Shown here in pieces: positions 8,249-15,621 of a DNA stretch of 41,439 nucleotides. How positions within the stretch are numbered: the stretch's first letter is position 1; the number at the start of each line of letters is the position of its first letter. Origin of the DNA: a virus; IMG/VR virus record IMGVR_UViG_3300037313_000557, positions 1-41,439 of that record; one strand, written 5' to 3'. The translations under genes and the position numbers were made by a program. The notes beneath the pieces were generated by a model, which worked only from the letters and a program-made list of their open reading frames with translations, was not told where the DNA came from and searched no databases.

Positions 8249-9050
8249 TGAGGGTGTCCTGATTGGGGTTGGGCGATGCCTGACGGCCCGCGCTGTCGTG
8301 AACGGAGCCGCAAGCGTCTCCGCCCTTCGGGCTTCCATCGCTATCGCGCCATGCCACCTCGGCCCAAAACCGGGTGCTGAAATGGCCAGTTTTCCTATGG
8401 CACCGATCGCACTCGCAGTAGACATACCGGCCTCTTGGCCCATTGCCTTTCCATGCATCGACGTTACCGCCGCATCGGCAGATTAGATTCTCGCGCGAGG
8501 GATGGTCGCCGGATGGCGGAGACGCGTCGGCGGCATAGGTTCGCCGTTCAACGATATGGCTGATCGTTGTCAGATCCGTTCCGAGCAGATCAGCGATCCC
8601 CCTCCGCGAAATTCCAGCCGCCGCTATGTCGCGAATGATTGCGACCTGCCGATCGGTGAATTTGCTTTTGCAGGATTCAGCGCCGGCACGGTTGGTGCCG
8701 TGTGAAAACTTGTGAGCGGCGTTCTCTTTCGCTGAACACCACTTCAGGTTGTCGACGCGGTTGTTTAGCGGATCGCCATCCAAATGGGCGCCCTGGGCGT
8801 TCGCTGGGCGCGGGCCCGAGAATGCCTCAAGTACGAGCGAATGAACGGAAACAAACCGCCTTTTGTGTCCTACATGGAGACCGACCGTGCGATAACCCCT
8901 CCGCAGCCAGGGGATGAGGACTTGCAGGGTTCGGGCATTTCTAACCCGCCCGATAGACGATACCTCATAGGCACCTTCGTGCCGTGGGACTGCTCGCCAA
9001 CTTTCATCGGTTGGCCCCAGGTCACGCTCACCCACGCGCGCCTCCCTCAT
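8238..9050 (-). CDS. HNH homing-type endonuclease (NUMOD4-like N-terminus, HNH, HTH) fused to a Lar-like zinc-ribbon segment
   Basis: WRAVPRHEGAYEVSSIGRVRN is NUMOD4-like, HLDGDPLNNRVDNLKW is an HNH motif, and ISRRGIADLLGTDLTTISHIV is an HTH. The C-terminal CRCGG-x17-CECDRCH...AEVAWRD matches the Lar restriction-alleviation pattern. The last ~30 codons read through repeat copy 1. Confidence 0.65.
   Translation of the reverse strand: MREARVGERDLGPTDESWRAVPRHEGAYEVSSIGRVRNARTLQVLIPWLRRGYRTVGLHVGHKRRFVSVHSLVLEAFSGPRPANAQGAHLDGDPLNNRVDNLKWCSAKENAAHKFSHGTNRAGAESCKSKFTDRQVAIIRDIAAAGISRRGIADLLGTDLTTISHIVERRTYAADASPPSGDHPSRENLICRCGGNVDAWKGNGPRGRYVYCECDRCHRKTGHFSTRFWAEVAWRDSDGSPKGGDACGSVHDSAGRQASPNPNQDTLNDR
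8249..8335 (-). repeat. structured intercistronic repeat, copy 1
   Basis: The minus-strand core CCCGAAGGGCGGAGACGCTTGCGGCTCCGTTCACGA...CGCCCAAC ends at the ATG of the 7850..8248 gene. Confidence 0.7.
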
Positions 9051-9252
9051 TCGAGGGGTTGGGGAGAGGGCGTCCGTAGTTTGGCGGGTAGCGATCGAGA
9101 ATGGGACGGGCGATGGCAGCCCCGCGCTCCGCGAAGTCGCCTATTGCCTTGGCGCGATCGACGGCGCGGTCATTGAGATATGCCGCGTGCATCTGCTCGA
9201 TCACGCTATGAAGCTGCGAAATGGCCGCAACGAGCCTCTTGCGCTCGCTCAT
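9028..9252 (-). CDS. hypothetical helical protein
   Basis: 74-aa ORF whose ATG lies immediately after repeat copy 2. It overlaps the HNH gene start by 23 nt. Confidence 0.5.
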   Translation of the reverse strand: MSERKRLVAAISQLHSVIEQMHAAYLNDRAVDRAKAIGDFAERGAAIARPILDRYPPNYGRPLPNPSNEGGARG

Positions 9253-9393
9253 TCACACCCTCCCGCATTCAGGGTGTCTGGAATAGGGCTACTGAGGTTG
9301 GGCGTCTCGGCTTCGCCGACCGCGTCACTCGGCAGAGCCGGAGCCGCATGCGCGTCTCCGCCCTTCGGGCGAGTACCGCATGACGCGATCACG
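9253..9393 (-). repeat. structured intercistronic repeat, copy 2
   Basis: Minus strand reads GCGTGATCGCGTCA...CTCGCCCGAAGGGCGGAGACGCGCATGCGGCTCC...GACGCCCAACC...ATG. It spans from the upstream stop codon to the downstream start codon. Confidence 0.75.
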
Positions 9394-9613
9394 CGACGAA
9401 CGCCGGCTGGCCATCGCGGGGCAGCCACGAAATGCCAACCCAGCCGCGCTCCGGCCGATGCGTGACGCCAGCCTTGTCAACGACCCGATGAGTCGTCCCG
9501 CGATCGTCGGTGATGACGTGGAGCCCGGCGGGCTCGGCGATGGTGAACGTGGCGCCGTTCGCAAAGGTGTAGGTGCGCGAAGCTTCTGACGAGATATCGA
9601 TTGCGTTGTTCAT
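9389..9613 (-). CDS. hypothetical protein
   Basis: 74 aa starting at MNNAIDISS, with ATGA overlap to the upstream gene. Its stop TGA lies inside the conserved start of repeat copy 2. Confidence 0.5.
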   Translation of the reverse strand: MNNAIDISSEASRTYTFANGATFTIAEPAGLHVITDDRGTTHRVVDKAGVTHRPERGWVGISWLPRDGQPAFVA

Positions 9614-10095
9614 GCTGCATTCCTTTCGAGGATGATCAGTTTGTTCCACTTCGTGACCCCGCAGCGCCGCCATCCGGCACGCAGAAAACAGAACCCCGGA
9701 TTGCTTGAGCCGATGGCGCGGGGATTGACGTAGGTGTAATGGCGCTCGCCCGGCCAGCGGGCATCCGCAACGGCGTCGGCCTCCGTGATCAGCCACGAAG
9801 AAAGGCCAGCACCCTCATTCCGAAAAATGGCGCAGTTGACGCCTTGCTGCCCATCGCCGCTGATGAACTTGCGCCATACGAACAAAGCGCGCCGACAGGC
9901 TGTTACGAGAACGAGCTTCTCACCGGGGCCGACAAACAGTTTCGGCTCGCGCCCATCCGCATAACGCTTTCGGCTATAGTGTCTGTCGAAGAACTCACGC
10001 GCTTCGTCGTCACCATCCTTGATGGCCCGCCACACAGGAGGGCAAAAAAGGTGCCCTTGCCGTTCAGGCCATGAAACAGATGCAGCGACGGTCAC
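9610..10095 (-). CDS. hypothetical 161-aa protein; possible acyltransferase-like (GNAT/Mom-like?) fold
   Basis: GTG start; this is the first gene downstream of the attP candidate. The pattern HYS...G.NCAIFRNEG..LSS.LI.EA...A...W...R.YTYV.P..I.S.NPG.CF..AGW looks like a conserved enzyme family, but I cannot name it with certainty. Confidence 0.35.
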   Translation of the reverse strand: MTVAASVSWPERQGHLFCPPVWRAIKDGDDEAREFFDRHYSRKRYADGREPKLFVGPGEKLVLVTACRRALFVWRKFISGDGQQGVNCAIFRNEGAGLSSWLITEADAVADARWPGERHYTYVNPRAIGSSNPGFCFLRAGWRRCGVTKWNKLIILERNAA

Positions 10096-10208
10096 TGTGC
10101 CGACTCCTGTGCCCGGATGTTCTTCGCGAACAGGCGGGGAACGCGGTTGCTTCGGCTAGGACTTCTGCGGGTTTGGGAGATTTCTGCGGTGTTGCGGTGT
10201 TCTCTGCT

Positions 10209-10253
10209 AGCGGTTTTCAAGACCGCTGCAATCGACCGCTCTGCCACCTCTCC
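10209..10253 (-). other. tRNA-Ser(UGA) 5' fragment (acceptor 5' strand, D arm, anticodon arm); candidate attP core
   Basis: Minus strand reads GGAGAGG-TG-GCAG-AGCGGTCGA-TTGC-A-GCGGT-CTTGAAA-ACCGC. The D-loop GG and the U33/UGA/A37 loop are canonical. No variable arm, T arm or 3' acceptor follows. Confidence 0.7.
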
Positions 10254-10281
10254 AAACTCTCGGATTTCCGCCGTGAAACGG

Positions 10282-10309
10282 ACTATAGCACATCCAGAAA
10301 CCGCTGCAA
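10282..10309 (-). promoter_or_regulatory. near-consensus sigma70-type promoter TTGCAG-N16-TATAGT, pointing into the tRNA fragment
   Basis: -35 at 10309-10304 and -10 at 10287-10282, read on the minus strand. It lies between the int stop (10331) and the tRNA 5' end (10253). Confidence 0.5.
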
Positions 10310-10330
10310 GTGTGCCGTCGTTTGTGCCGT

Positions 10331-11356
10331 CTACTTTTTGACCGCTTCCGCATTCTCCGGCGTGAGATACGCCAGATATTCCTCCGTCTGCCCGATCGTG
10401 CTGTGCCCCAATAGCTGTTGCAGCGTGTAGATCGACCCACCGTTTTCCAGATAGCGGATGGCGTACTCGTGGCGCAGATCGTGGAAGCGCATGTGCAGTA
10501 ATCGCCGCCCTTCGCGCTGTACCATCTTTTGTGCCCGGTGCCTGATCTCCCGCCACATCTCCGTCACCCGCTTGTACGGGCCGCCGTTGCGCGTCACGAA
10601 CAGATAACCGCACCGATGCTCGGGTTGCCGGTTGACGATCGCCAGGGCCTCGCCAGTGAGCGGCACGACCCGGAAGCGGTGCTTGGTCATCCATAGCTGC
10701 ATCTTGCCCCCACGGGCATCCACAGCCTTCAGGGTGGCCAGTTCGTCCATCCTGGCGCCCGTAAGCAGGGCCAGCCGGCACAAGTCGCCGAATGTTCCGT
10801 GCATCCGGGCAAAGTACGCCTCTATATCCTCCGCTGGTGGACGGATATAGGTGTTGCGCTTTTCCCGACGCGGCTTCTTTGGCAGCAATGAAACTGGGTT
10901 GATCTCCGGCCAGCCGTCCAGTTCTTTCACATGGTCGGCTATTCCCGACACAACGGAGAGGTAGCGGTTGATCGTCGCGGTTCCAGAGCCGGCAGCGCGC
11001 CGAGTCTCGATGAAGCTTTGCAGCGCAACCTTGTCCACCTGATCCCAGAAGTGTTCGCCGAAATAGGCGTCCAGTACGGTGAGCAGCTTGGCATAACCCC
11101 GAAGCGTTTTCGGCTTCCATTCGCCAGCTTCCAGCCACAGCGCCGCTGCTTCCCGAAAGGTATGCCGGATCGTGCCGTGATAGGGTGATCGACCTTTCAG
11201 CCATTGCTCAAGGCGCCTTTCAGCTTCCGCTCGATCGCGAGTTTTAAGGGATTGTCGAAACTCCCGCCCGTTGACGGTGACACGCGCATAGAAAACGCCG
11301 CCTCGTGCGTAGAGGCGATCCGGTTCTCGTTTGCTGCTTCGTTTGCGCGCACCCAT
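10331..11356 (-). CDS. int: tyrosine integrase
   Basis: 341 aa with an N-terminal arm-type domain (LYARGGVFYARVTVNGREFRQSL). The C-terminal catalytic signature is HDLRHEYA...LLGHSTIGQTEEY. Confidence 0.9.
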   Translation of the reverse strand: MGARKRSSKREPDRLYARGGVFYARVTVNGREFRQSLKTRDRAEAERRLEQWLKGRSPYHGTIRHTFREAAALWLEAGEWKPKTLRGYAKLLTVLDAYFGEHFWDQVDKVALQSFIETRRAAGSGTATINRYLSVVSGIADHVKELDGWPEINPVSLLPKKPRREKRNTYIRPPAEDIEAYFARMHGTFGDLCRLALLTGARMDELATLKAVDARGGKMQLWMTKHRFRVVPLTGEALAIVNRQPEHRCGYLFVTRNGGPYKRVTEMWREIRHRAQKMVQREGRRLLHMRFHDLRHEYAIRYLENGGSIYTLQQLLGHSTIGQTEEYLAYLTPENAEAVKK

Positions 11357-11508
11357 GCCCGGAGCCTCATCCTATCAAATGACCAGCACCCACCTAGCTT
11401 GGCGGCGCTCCAAATTTCTCCCCTTGCTGCAAGACTCTGCAAGGTGCGTTCGGTCAACCCCGTAATGAGGCGCGCCTCCTTCACGTTGCAGCGCTCGGCC
11501 TGGGTCAT
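11197..11508 (-). CDS. xis: excisionase / AlpA-type HTH DNA-binding protein
   Basis: VKEARLITGLTERTLQSLAARGEIWSAAKLGGCWSFDRMRLRAWV matches the MerR-like excisionase fold pattern. The ORF tail overlaps int by 160 nt. Confidence 0.65.
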   Translation of the reverse strand: MTQAERCNVKEARLITGLTERTLQSLAARGEIWSAAKLGGCWSFDRMRLRAWVRANEAANENRIASTHEAAFSMRVSPSTGGSFDNPLKLAIERKLKGALSNG

Positions 11509-11702
11509 CCCTGAATGCCTTCCGGCTCATCGGGCATAGGAGCCCAAGCCTTGGGTGAGCAGGGCCATGCACCCGGCGCCGACTGCCAGCCGAACGTGTT
11601 GTTGTAACGACCCGTCACGATCTTGTAGCGGGCCTTCGGGCCGTTCCAGAGCATGACAGTTGTTCCGTCCTTCGGGGCGGAGATCATCGTTCGCCAGTTC
11701 AT
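11505..11702 (-). CDS. hypothetical protein (DUF551-like pattern)
   Basis: 65 aa. WRTMISAPKDGTTVMLW resembles a common small phage protein motif. ATGA overlaps on both sides. Confidence 0.5.
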   Translation of the reverse strand: MNWRTMISAPKDGTTVMLWNGPKARYKIVTGRYNNTFGWQSAPGAWPCSPKAWAPMPDEPEGIQG

Positions 11703-11851
11703 GGCTTATCGTCTCCCTGAATGTCCTTGGGGGGAGGGGGTGTCTCCTGGGCTTGGGCTGCGCGCGCCTTTATGCGGGCCTTCCGCTGGCGCTCTTGCCG
11801 CTCCCAAAAGGTTTCGCGGAACTGATCGTTGAACCTGTGCCAGTCGCTCAC
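11699..11851 (-). CDS. small basic hypothetical protein (50 aa)
   Basis: Hand translation from a GTG (GTGA overlap) gives VSDWHRFNDQFRETFWERQERQRKARIKARAAQAQETPPPPKDIQGDDKP. It ends in an ATGA overlap. Confidence 0.4.
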   Translation of the reverse strand: MSDWHRFNDQFRETFWERQERQRKARIKARAAQAQETPPPPKDIQGDDKP

Positions 11852-12012
11852 AACCCCGCCCTCCGCTTGATCCTCTGTAACCTGGGATATGCTTTTGCTC
11901 GACGGAGCCAGCGTTCATTGGCGAGAGGATCTAGGGCAAGCATCTGCCGGCGTACGGATAGTACATGGGCTTCATGCTCGAAATTGGGGAGGCGGGTGTG
12001 GAGGGCGGTCAT
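11848..12012 (-). CDS. small hypothetical protein (54 aa)
   Basis: Hand translation from an ATG (ATGA overlap with 12009 stop) gives MTALHTRLPNFEHEAHVLSVRRQMLALDPLANERWLRRAKAYPRLQRIKRRAGL. Confidence 0.4.
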   Translation of the reverse strand: MTALHTRLPNFEHEAHVLSVRRQMLALDPLANERWLRRAKAYPRLQRIKRRAGL

Positions 12013-12290
12013 TGCCGCGCCCTCGCTATCTCGGCGTCTTCCTCAGCGTCCATCGCAATACGCATTTCAGCATATTGCTGCGCGCCACTCTTCTCGTAGA
12101 CATAGTGCGGATGCTGCGTAATATCATACCGGAAAAGGTGCTGCATCAGGTGAGCCGCCGTTTCGTTCGCGACTTGATGCGAGACGCCCGCTGCATCCAT
12201 GATCGGCATGGCGATGTTGCAATGCCACGCCCACGCCAGTTCAGGATTGGCGGCCATCTCTGCGATAAGAGATTCAATGCCAGTCGTCAT
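12009..12290 (-). CDS. hypothetical protein
   Basis: ORF 12009..12317. The start is probably at MTTGIESL (12290); composition is realistic. Confidence 0.5.
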   Translation of the reverse strand: MTTGIESLIAEMAANPELAWAWHCNIAMPIMDAAGVSHQVANETAAHLMQHLFRYDITQHPHYVYEKSGAQQYAEMRIAMDAEEDAEIARARQ

Positions 12291-12368
12291 GTCATTTACC
12301 TTTCTGGGCCGGAACACCGGGGGCGATATCCCGGCCCTTGGCGCTAGCGGTATTGCTGCGCTTCGAAG

Positions 12369-12806
12369 TCATGCTGCAAAGCTTTCGATGGCTTCGCGTA
12401 AATCGTTGTCAGCAACAGGCAGCCACCAGCGTTGGACGGCAGCAATCGCCTGTTCGTAGAATGCTTCGAAATCGTCCTGCGCCATGTTCTCGAAAGCGAT
12501 GCTGTCGGGCACGAACACTTCCCGTTCGGCCTTCGGGTGCAGCAGCTTCCATGACCCGTAGCCAAGCACGGCCTTCAGCCCGAGCAATGCGTCATCGGCC
12601 GATGAGAACTCGTCTCGGTTGTCTGCCAGCAATGCCAGGAGCGCGAACAGCTTGCGGTGATGACCGGGATTGCGCGGGCGCCTGCCCTTCAACTCTACGG
12701 TCTTGCCGATCGCGGTCTTTGCGTGGAACTCGCGCGCCGCTGCCGAGACGGGTTGGAACCCCTGAAGCGTCTTGCGGTAGTGCAATGGTGCGAACCGGTC
12801 AGCCAT
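12369..12806 (-). CDS. hypothetical protein of the recombination module (DUF1367-like?)
   Basis: 145 aa with the pattern RNPGHHRKLFALLALL...SIAFENMAQDDFEAFY. It is adjacent to the Ref-like/SSB/annealase genes. Confidence 0.45.
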   Translation of the reverse strand: MADRFAPLHYRKTLQGFQPVSAAAREFHAKTAIGKTVELKGRRPRNPGHHRKLFALLALLADNRDEFSSADDALLGLKAVLGYGSWKLLHPKAEREVFVPDSIAFENMAQDDFEAFYEQAIAAVQRWWLPVADNDLREAIESFAA

Positions 12807-13194
12807 CGTTGCCAGCCTCCATCTTGCCTTTCCACGCGCGGCCCATCGGCGTGCCTTCCAGCCATTCGAGCCAGTAGGCTGTGACTACATCGCGACCGTC
12901 AAAGGCGTATTTCCGTTGAAACTCTGGCCAGCCGAGCCGGTCGGTTTGCTCGGCGTGGGCGCCGTCGCACATCGGCATCGCGGCGGAATCCGAAACCTTC
13001 GTGCCCATGCCCTTGTCGCCCCATGGGTCGAAGTGGCATGCGCGCACCTTGCCCTCGCAGACGTGCGATCGGCTCTGCACCGAGATAAAGCAGGGGCGAC
13101 CGCGCAACCATTTCAGGAACGGCTCGCAACGCTTCCAGCTATCGGCGCGATGGCTGTTGTCGACCCGGCGACGAAAGGCAGCGCGACCAAACAC
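12799..13194 (-). CDS. DUF968 / P1 Ref-like putative HNH-type nuclease
   Basis: Pattern WLRGRPC...C.G.V.ACHF...GDKGMGTKVSDSAAMPMCDGAH. GTG start in a TAGTG overlap with the ssb stop; a TTG alternative lies at 13206. Confidence 0.45.
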   Translation of the reverse strand: MFGRAAFRRRVDNSHRADSWKRCEPFLKWLRGRPCFISVQSRSHVCEGKVRACHFDPWGDKGMGTKVSDSAAMPMCDGAHAEQTDRLGWPEFQRKYAFDGRDVVTAYWLEWLEGTPMGRAWKGKMEAGNDG

Positions 13195-13568
13195 TAGAAA
13201 GGGCAATCGTCGTTGAGTTCGTCGTGCTGTTGCGGACTTCCGCGACCGGCCTCCGATCCGCGATCGGAATTACCCGGCGCCCGGTTCACAAAGTCCAGGT
13301 CATTCACGCGAACGTTAAGCTGGGTCTTTCCTTCGTACTCGCTGACGGAGAATTCACCCGAGGCGAAGACACGGACACCCTTGAGCAGCTTGCCGTTCAG
13401 TGTCTCGGCACGCTTGCCCCAGACGGAGCAGCGAAACCAGTTGGTAGAGGCCCGCTCGCCCCAGCCCTGCTGAACACCGACGTTGAAGGACAACACCTTG
13501 TCGCCTTGCTGGGTGGTGCGAAACTCAGCGTCCCGACCTATGTTGCCCGAAATTGCGATGATCTGCAT
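13194..13568 (-). CDS. ssb: single-stranded DNA-binding protein
   Basis: OB-fold pattern (ISGNIGRDAEFRTT..G..V.SF.V...W...S.NWFRCSVWGKRAE), a Gly/Ser-rich linker and an acidic tail DELNDDCPF. Confidence 0.85.
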   Translation of the reverse strand: MQIIAISGNIGRDAEFRTTQQGDKVLSFNVGVQQGWGERASTNWFRCSVWGKRAETLNGKLLKGVRVFASGEFSVSEYEGKTQLNVRVNDLDFVNRAPGNSDRGSEAGRGSPQQHDELNDDCPF

Positions 13569-13573
13569 GTCTG

Positions 13574-14323
13574 TTATCCTGCGTTGAGATAGGTGGGAGC
13601 GTTGAAGTCGATGCGAAGCCGCGCGACCAATGCCAGCAACGGTTCGTACTCGTCTGGCAGGCTGTCGCCGCCGTGGAGCAGCTGCGGAGCGTCACGCTCT
13701 AGCTGAGCGAACAGTTCGACCGTTTCCTTGCTCGCCATGAGGGCTTCCAGCATGTCCATATCGCCACAGCCGCGAGCATCGCGGTCGAACGCCTTTACAG
13801 CGGTCCACAGCGCCGTTTTGGACGTGTAGGGGCCGTCGAGCTTGACCCGCTTGGCTGGTTGATCGTTGGCCGGCGGGTGGAACTCGCGCTCCATGTCTGC
13901 GACGTATTTGTTGTCATCGAACTTGCCGAGGAACACGTCAGCATTGAAGCCCAGTTGCGATAGGCCCTTGGTAACCGCGTCCGTGGTCGCCTTCTTGGGC
14001 GCATCCTTGTCCACGTTGCCCTTGCGGTCGCGGACGGTCGTGCTGCCGTATATCGGGCCGAACGTGTTTTGCCGCGTACCGTGCCACAGGGTGACAGGCA
14101 CGATGACCAAGCCGTCCTCGAATATCGGGCGATCAGACGTGTAGCCCCAGCCCTCTCCGATCGGGCCGAACACGCGGGTTGCCTCTCGGATCTGATAGTG
14201 GGCGTCGATCGCGGTGAACTTGCGACCGAACTCGACGGGCTTGGTGTGCTTCGGGTCGGTCTTTTCGACCGCTGCCCAAATCCGCATGTTATCGGGCTCG
14301 GGTGTGGCTGCCTTGGTAGCCAT
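13574..14323 (-). CDS. Rad52-like single-strand annealing protein
   Basis: FTAIDAHYQIREATRVFGPIGEGWGY and KKATTDAVTKGLSQLGFNADVFLGKFDDNKY match the Rad52/Sak-type signature (K.A.TDA.K..L...G). Confidence 0.65.
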   Translation of the reverse strand: MATKAATPEPDNMRIWAAVEKTDPKHTKPVEFGRKFTAIDAHYQIREATRVFGPIGEGWGYTSDRPIFEDGLVIVPVTLWHGTRQNTFGPIYGSTTVRDRKGNVDKDAPKKATTDAVTKGLSQLGFNADVFLGKFDDNKYVADMEREFHPPANDQPAKRVKLDGPYTSKTALWTAVKAFDRDARGCGDMDMLEALMASKETVELFAQLERDAPQLLHGGDSLPDEYEPLLALVARLRIDFNAPTYLNAG

Positions 14324-14539
14324 TGTTCAGGACTCCATGGATGGGGAGGGAGAAGAGGGGGTAAGCTCGTCGCGCTCGATCTCTGTCGGATAAGCGCTGT
14401 ACGTCGGGATCGCCTCTGCGGTGACACGAAGCGGCATTCGCCAAGTAAATCCCCGGCATCACCTCCACTCCACCATAAGAAGAACAACGAGACATACCGC
14501 GAGACACGGAATCAGTTCTTTGATCCATGAGCGCATCTC

Positions 14540-15274
14540 TCACCCCTCCCCGCGATGTGGAGCGGTGGGCACGAACGGCGTATCTAATATCTTCTCCATG
14601 CGCTTGGTCGGATCGCTGATTGGGCGCGTATCGGCGGGTTGCTGAGAGAGGGCGGCGGGCAGGACGTTCAACGTCGCCCGGAATTCATCCGCTGCATCCA
14701 GCATGGCTTTGACGCGATGCGATGGCTCTCCGCACGACCAAGCTGAATAGCACTTGTCGAGAAAGCGCTCGCCGACTGCCAGCGCCTCCCTCAACCGATC
14801 GTCCCCACTATCCGAGAGAGGGGGTTGGGAAAGGGCGCGGAACGTCTCGGGGTCGCCTGCCTTCATAGCAGCGCGGATCGCAACGCGAGGATCGTGGGAA
14901 TACTCTTCGGCAATCACCCGCTCGCGCGGCTCGGCCTGCCAGTGCCCGACAACGCGCCACGCAACGTCGACATCATCGCCGCCGGTAGGAACGTCGAAGC
15001 TGCGCAAATCCCAGCATTCGTCGCGGATAGCGTTGAGCAGATCGGTGTCGCTCGGCTCACCCACCCCCGTAGAGGCTGGCTTGGGGGTGTAGGCGATAAT
15101 GTCAGGGCCTCCGCTCGGGCTAGCCCATTCAAGCGGGGGAGTGTACATCTCGCCGTCATCGCAAAGCACCCATCCTCCATCCCAATCATCCGGCGCGCTA
15201 TCGCCGCCATGCCAAGGCACCATGCCCTCAGGGATCGCAGCCGCTTCCTTGCGGTCAGGAATGTCTTTGCTCAC
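14540..15274 (-). CDS. hypothetical acidic protein
   Basis: GTG start in a GTGA overlap with the upstream stop. 244 aa with no recognised motif. The long N-terminal extension in the ORF track is Arg-rich and unlikely to be real. Confidence 0.5.
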   Translation of the reverse strand: MSKDIPDRKEAAAIPEGMVPWHGGDSAPDDWDGGWVLCDDGEMYTPPLEWASPSGGPDIIAYTPKPASTGVGEPSDTDLLNAIRDECWDLRSFDVPTGGDDVDVAWRVVGHWQAEPRERVIAEEYSHDPRVAIRAAMKAGDPETFRALSQPPLSDSGDDRLREALAVGERFLDKCYSAWSCGEPSHRVKAMLDAADEFRATLNVLPAALSQQPADTRPISDPTKRMEKILDTPFVPTAPHRGEG

Positions 15275-15621
15275 TTGTCTTCTCCCTCTTTGAGGGGTGC
15301 GCCGTGAAGGTCGGTCAGAAACGCGCGGCACAGCTGCGCGACAGTTCGGTCTCCGTAACCACGCTGCCATGTGCGAACATGACACCTGCCGCCGGCAACG
15401 GTATCTAGGCGCGTGTAGGTGTCTTCCATTTGAATCGTGACGATGCCACGGAAGTCCACGAAGTCGCCCTGCCACCAGCATCCAACTTCGTTATTGTGCG
15501 TCGACAGGCGCAACATTCCGGCCTCAGGGCAGAAGTCGTAGTCCTGATGCTCATCGACAACGCGGACTGATTGGTTGACGCGGCTCGCAGCAGCAGGCGC
15601 GCGGCCAGACTCGCTTTTCAT
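15271..15621 (-). CDS. hypothetical protein
   Basis: 116-aa ORF coupled on both sides. Confidence 0.5.
   Translation of the reverse strand: MKSESGRAPAAASRVNQSVRVVDEHQDYDFCPEAGMLRLSTHNNEVGCWWQGDFVDFRGIVTIQMEDTYTRLDTVAGGRCHVRTWQRGYGDRTVAQLCRAFLTDLHGAPLKEGEDK

Noticed and set aside
8249-9393. The conserved repeat as a coding sequence for a shared peptide (..RPKGGDA..AP..S.AV..).
   Set aside because: Spacer lengths between conserved blocks differ by non-multiples of three (28, 35 and 30 nt). The element is read in different frames in different copies, and nucleotide conservation is not better at the amino-acid level. A non-coding structured element is more parsimonious.
10209-10253. Annotating a complete tRNA-Ser gene here.
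   Set aside because: Only positions about 1-43 are present (acceptor 5' strand, D arm, anticodon arm). The downstream sequence has no variable arm, no GTTCRANYC T-loop and no complementary acceptor strand.
14324-14539. Genes in the 216-bp gap between the annealase gene and 14540..15274. Candidates are the track ORF 14289..14543(-), a 36-aa ORF at 14327..14437(-) and a 24-aa hydrophobic ORF starting at 14536(-).
   Set aside because: The 84-aa track ORF has poor composition. The two short ORFs are plausible but too short to support without comparative or expression data.
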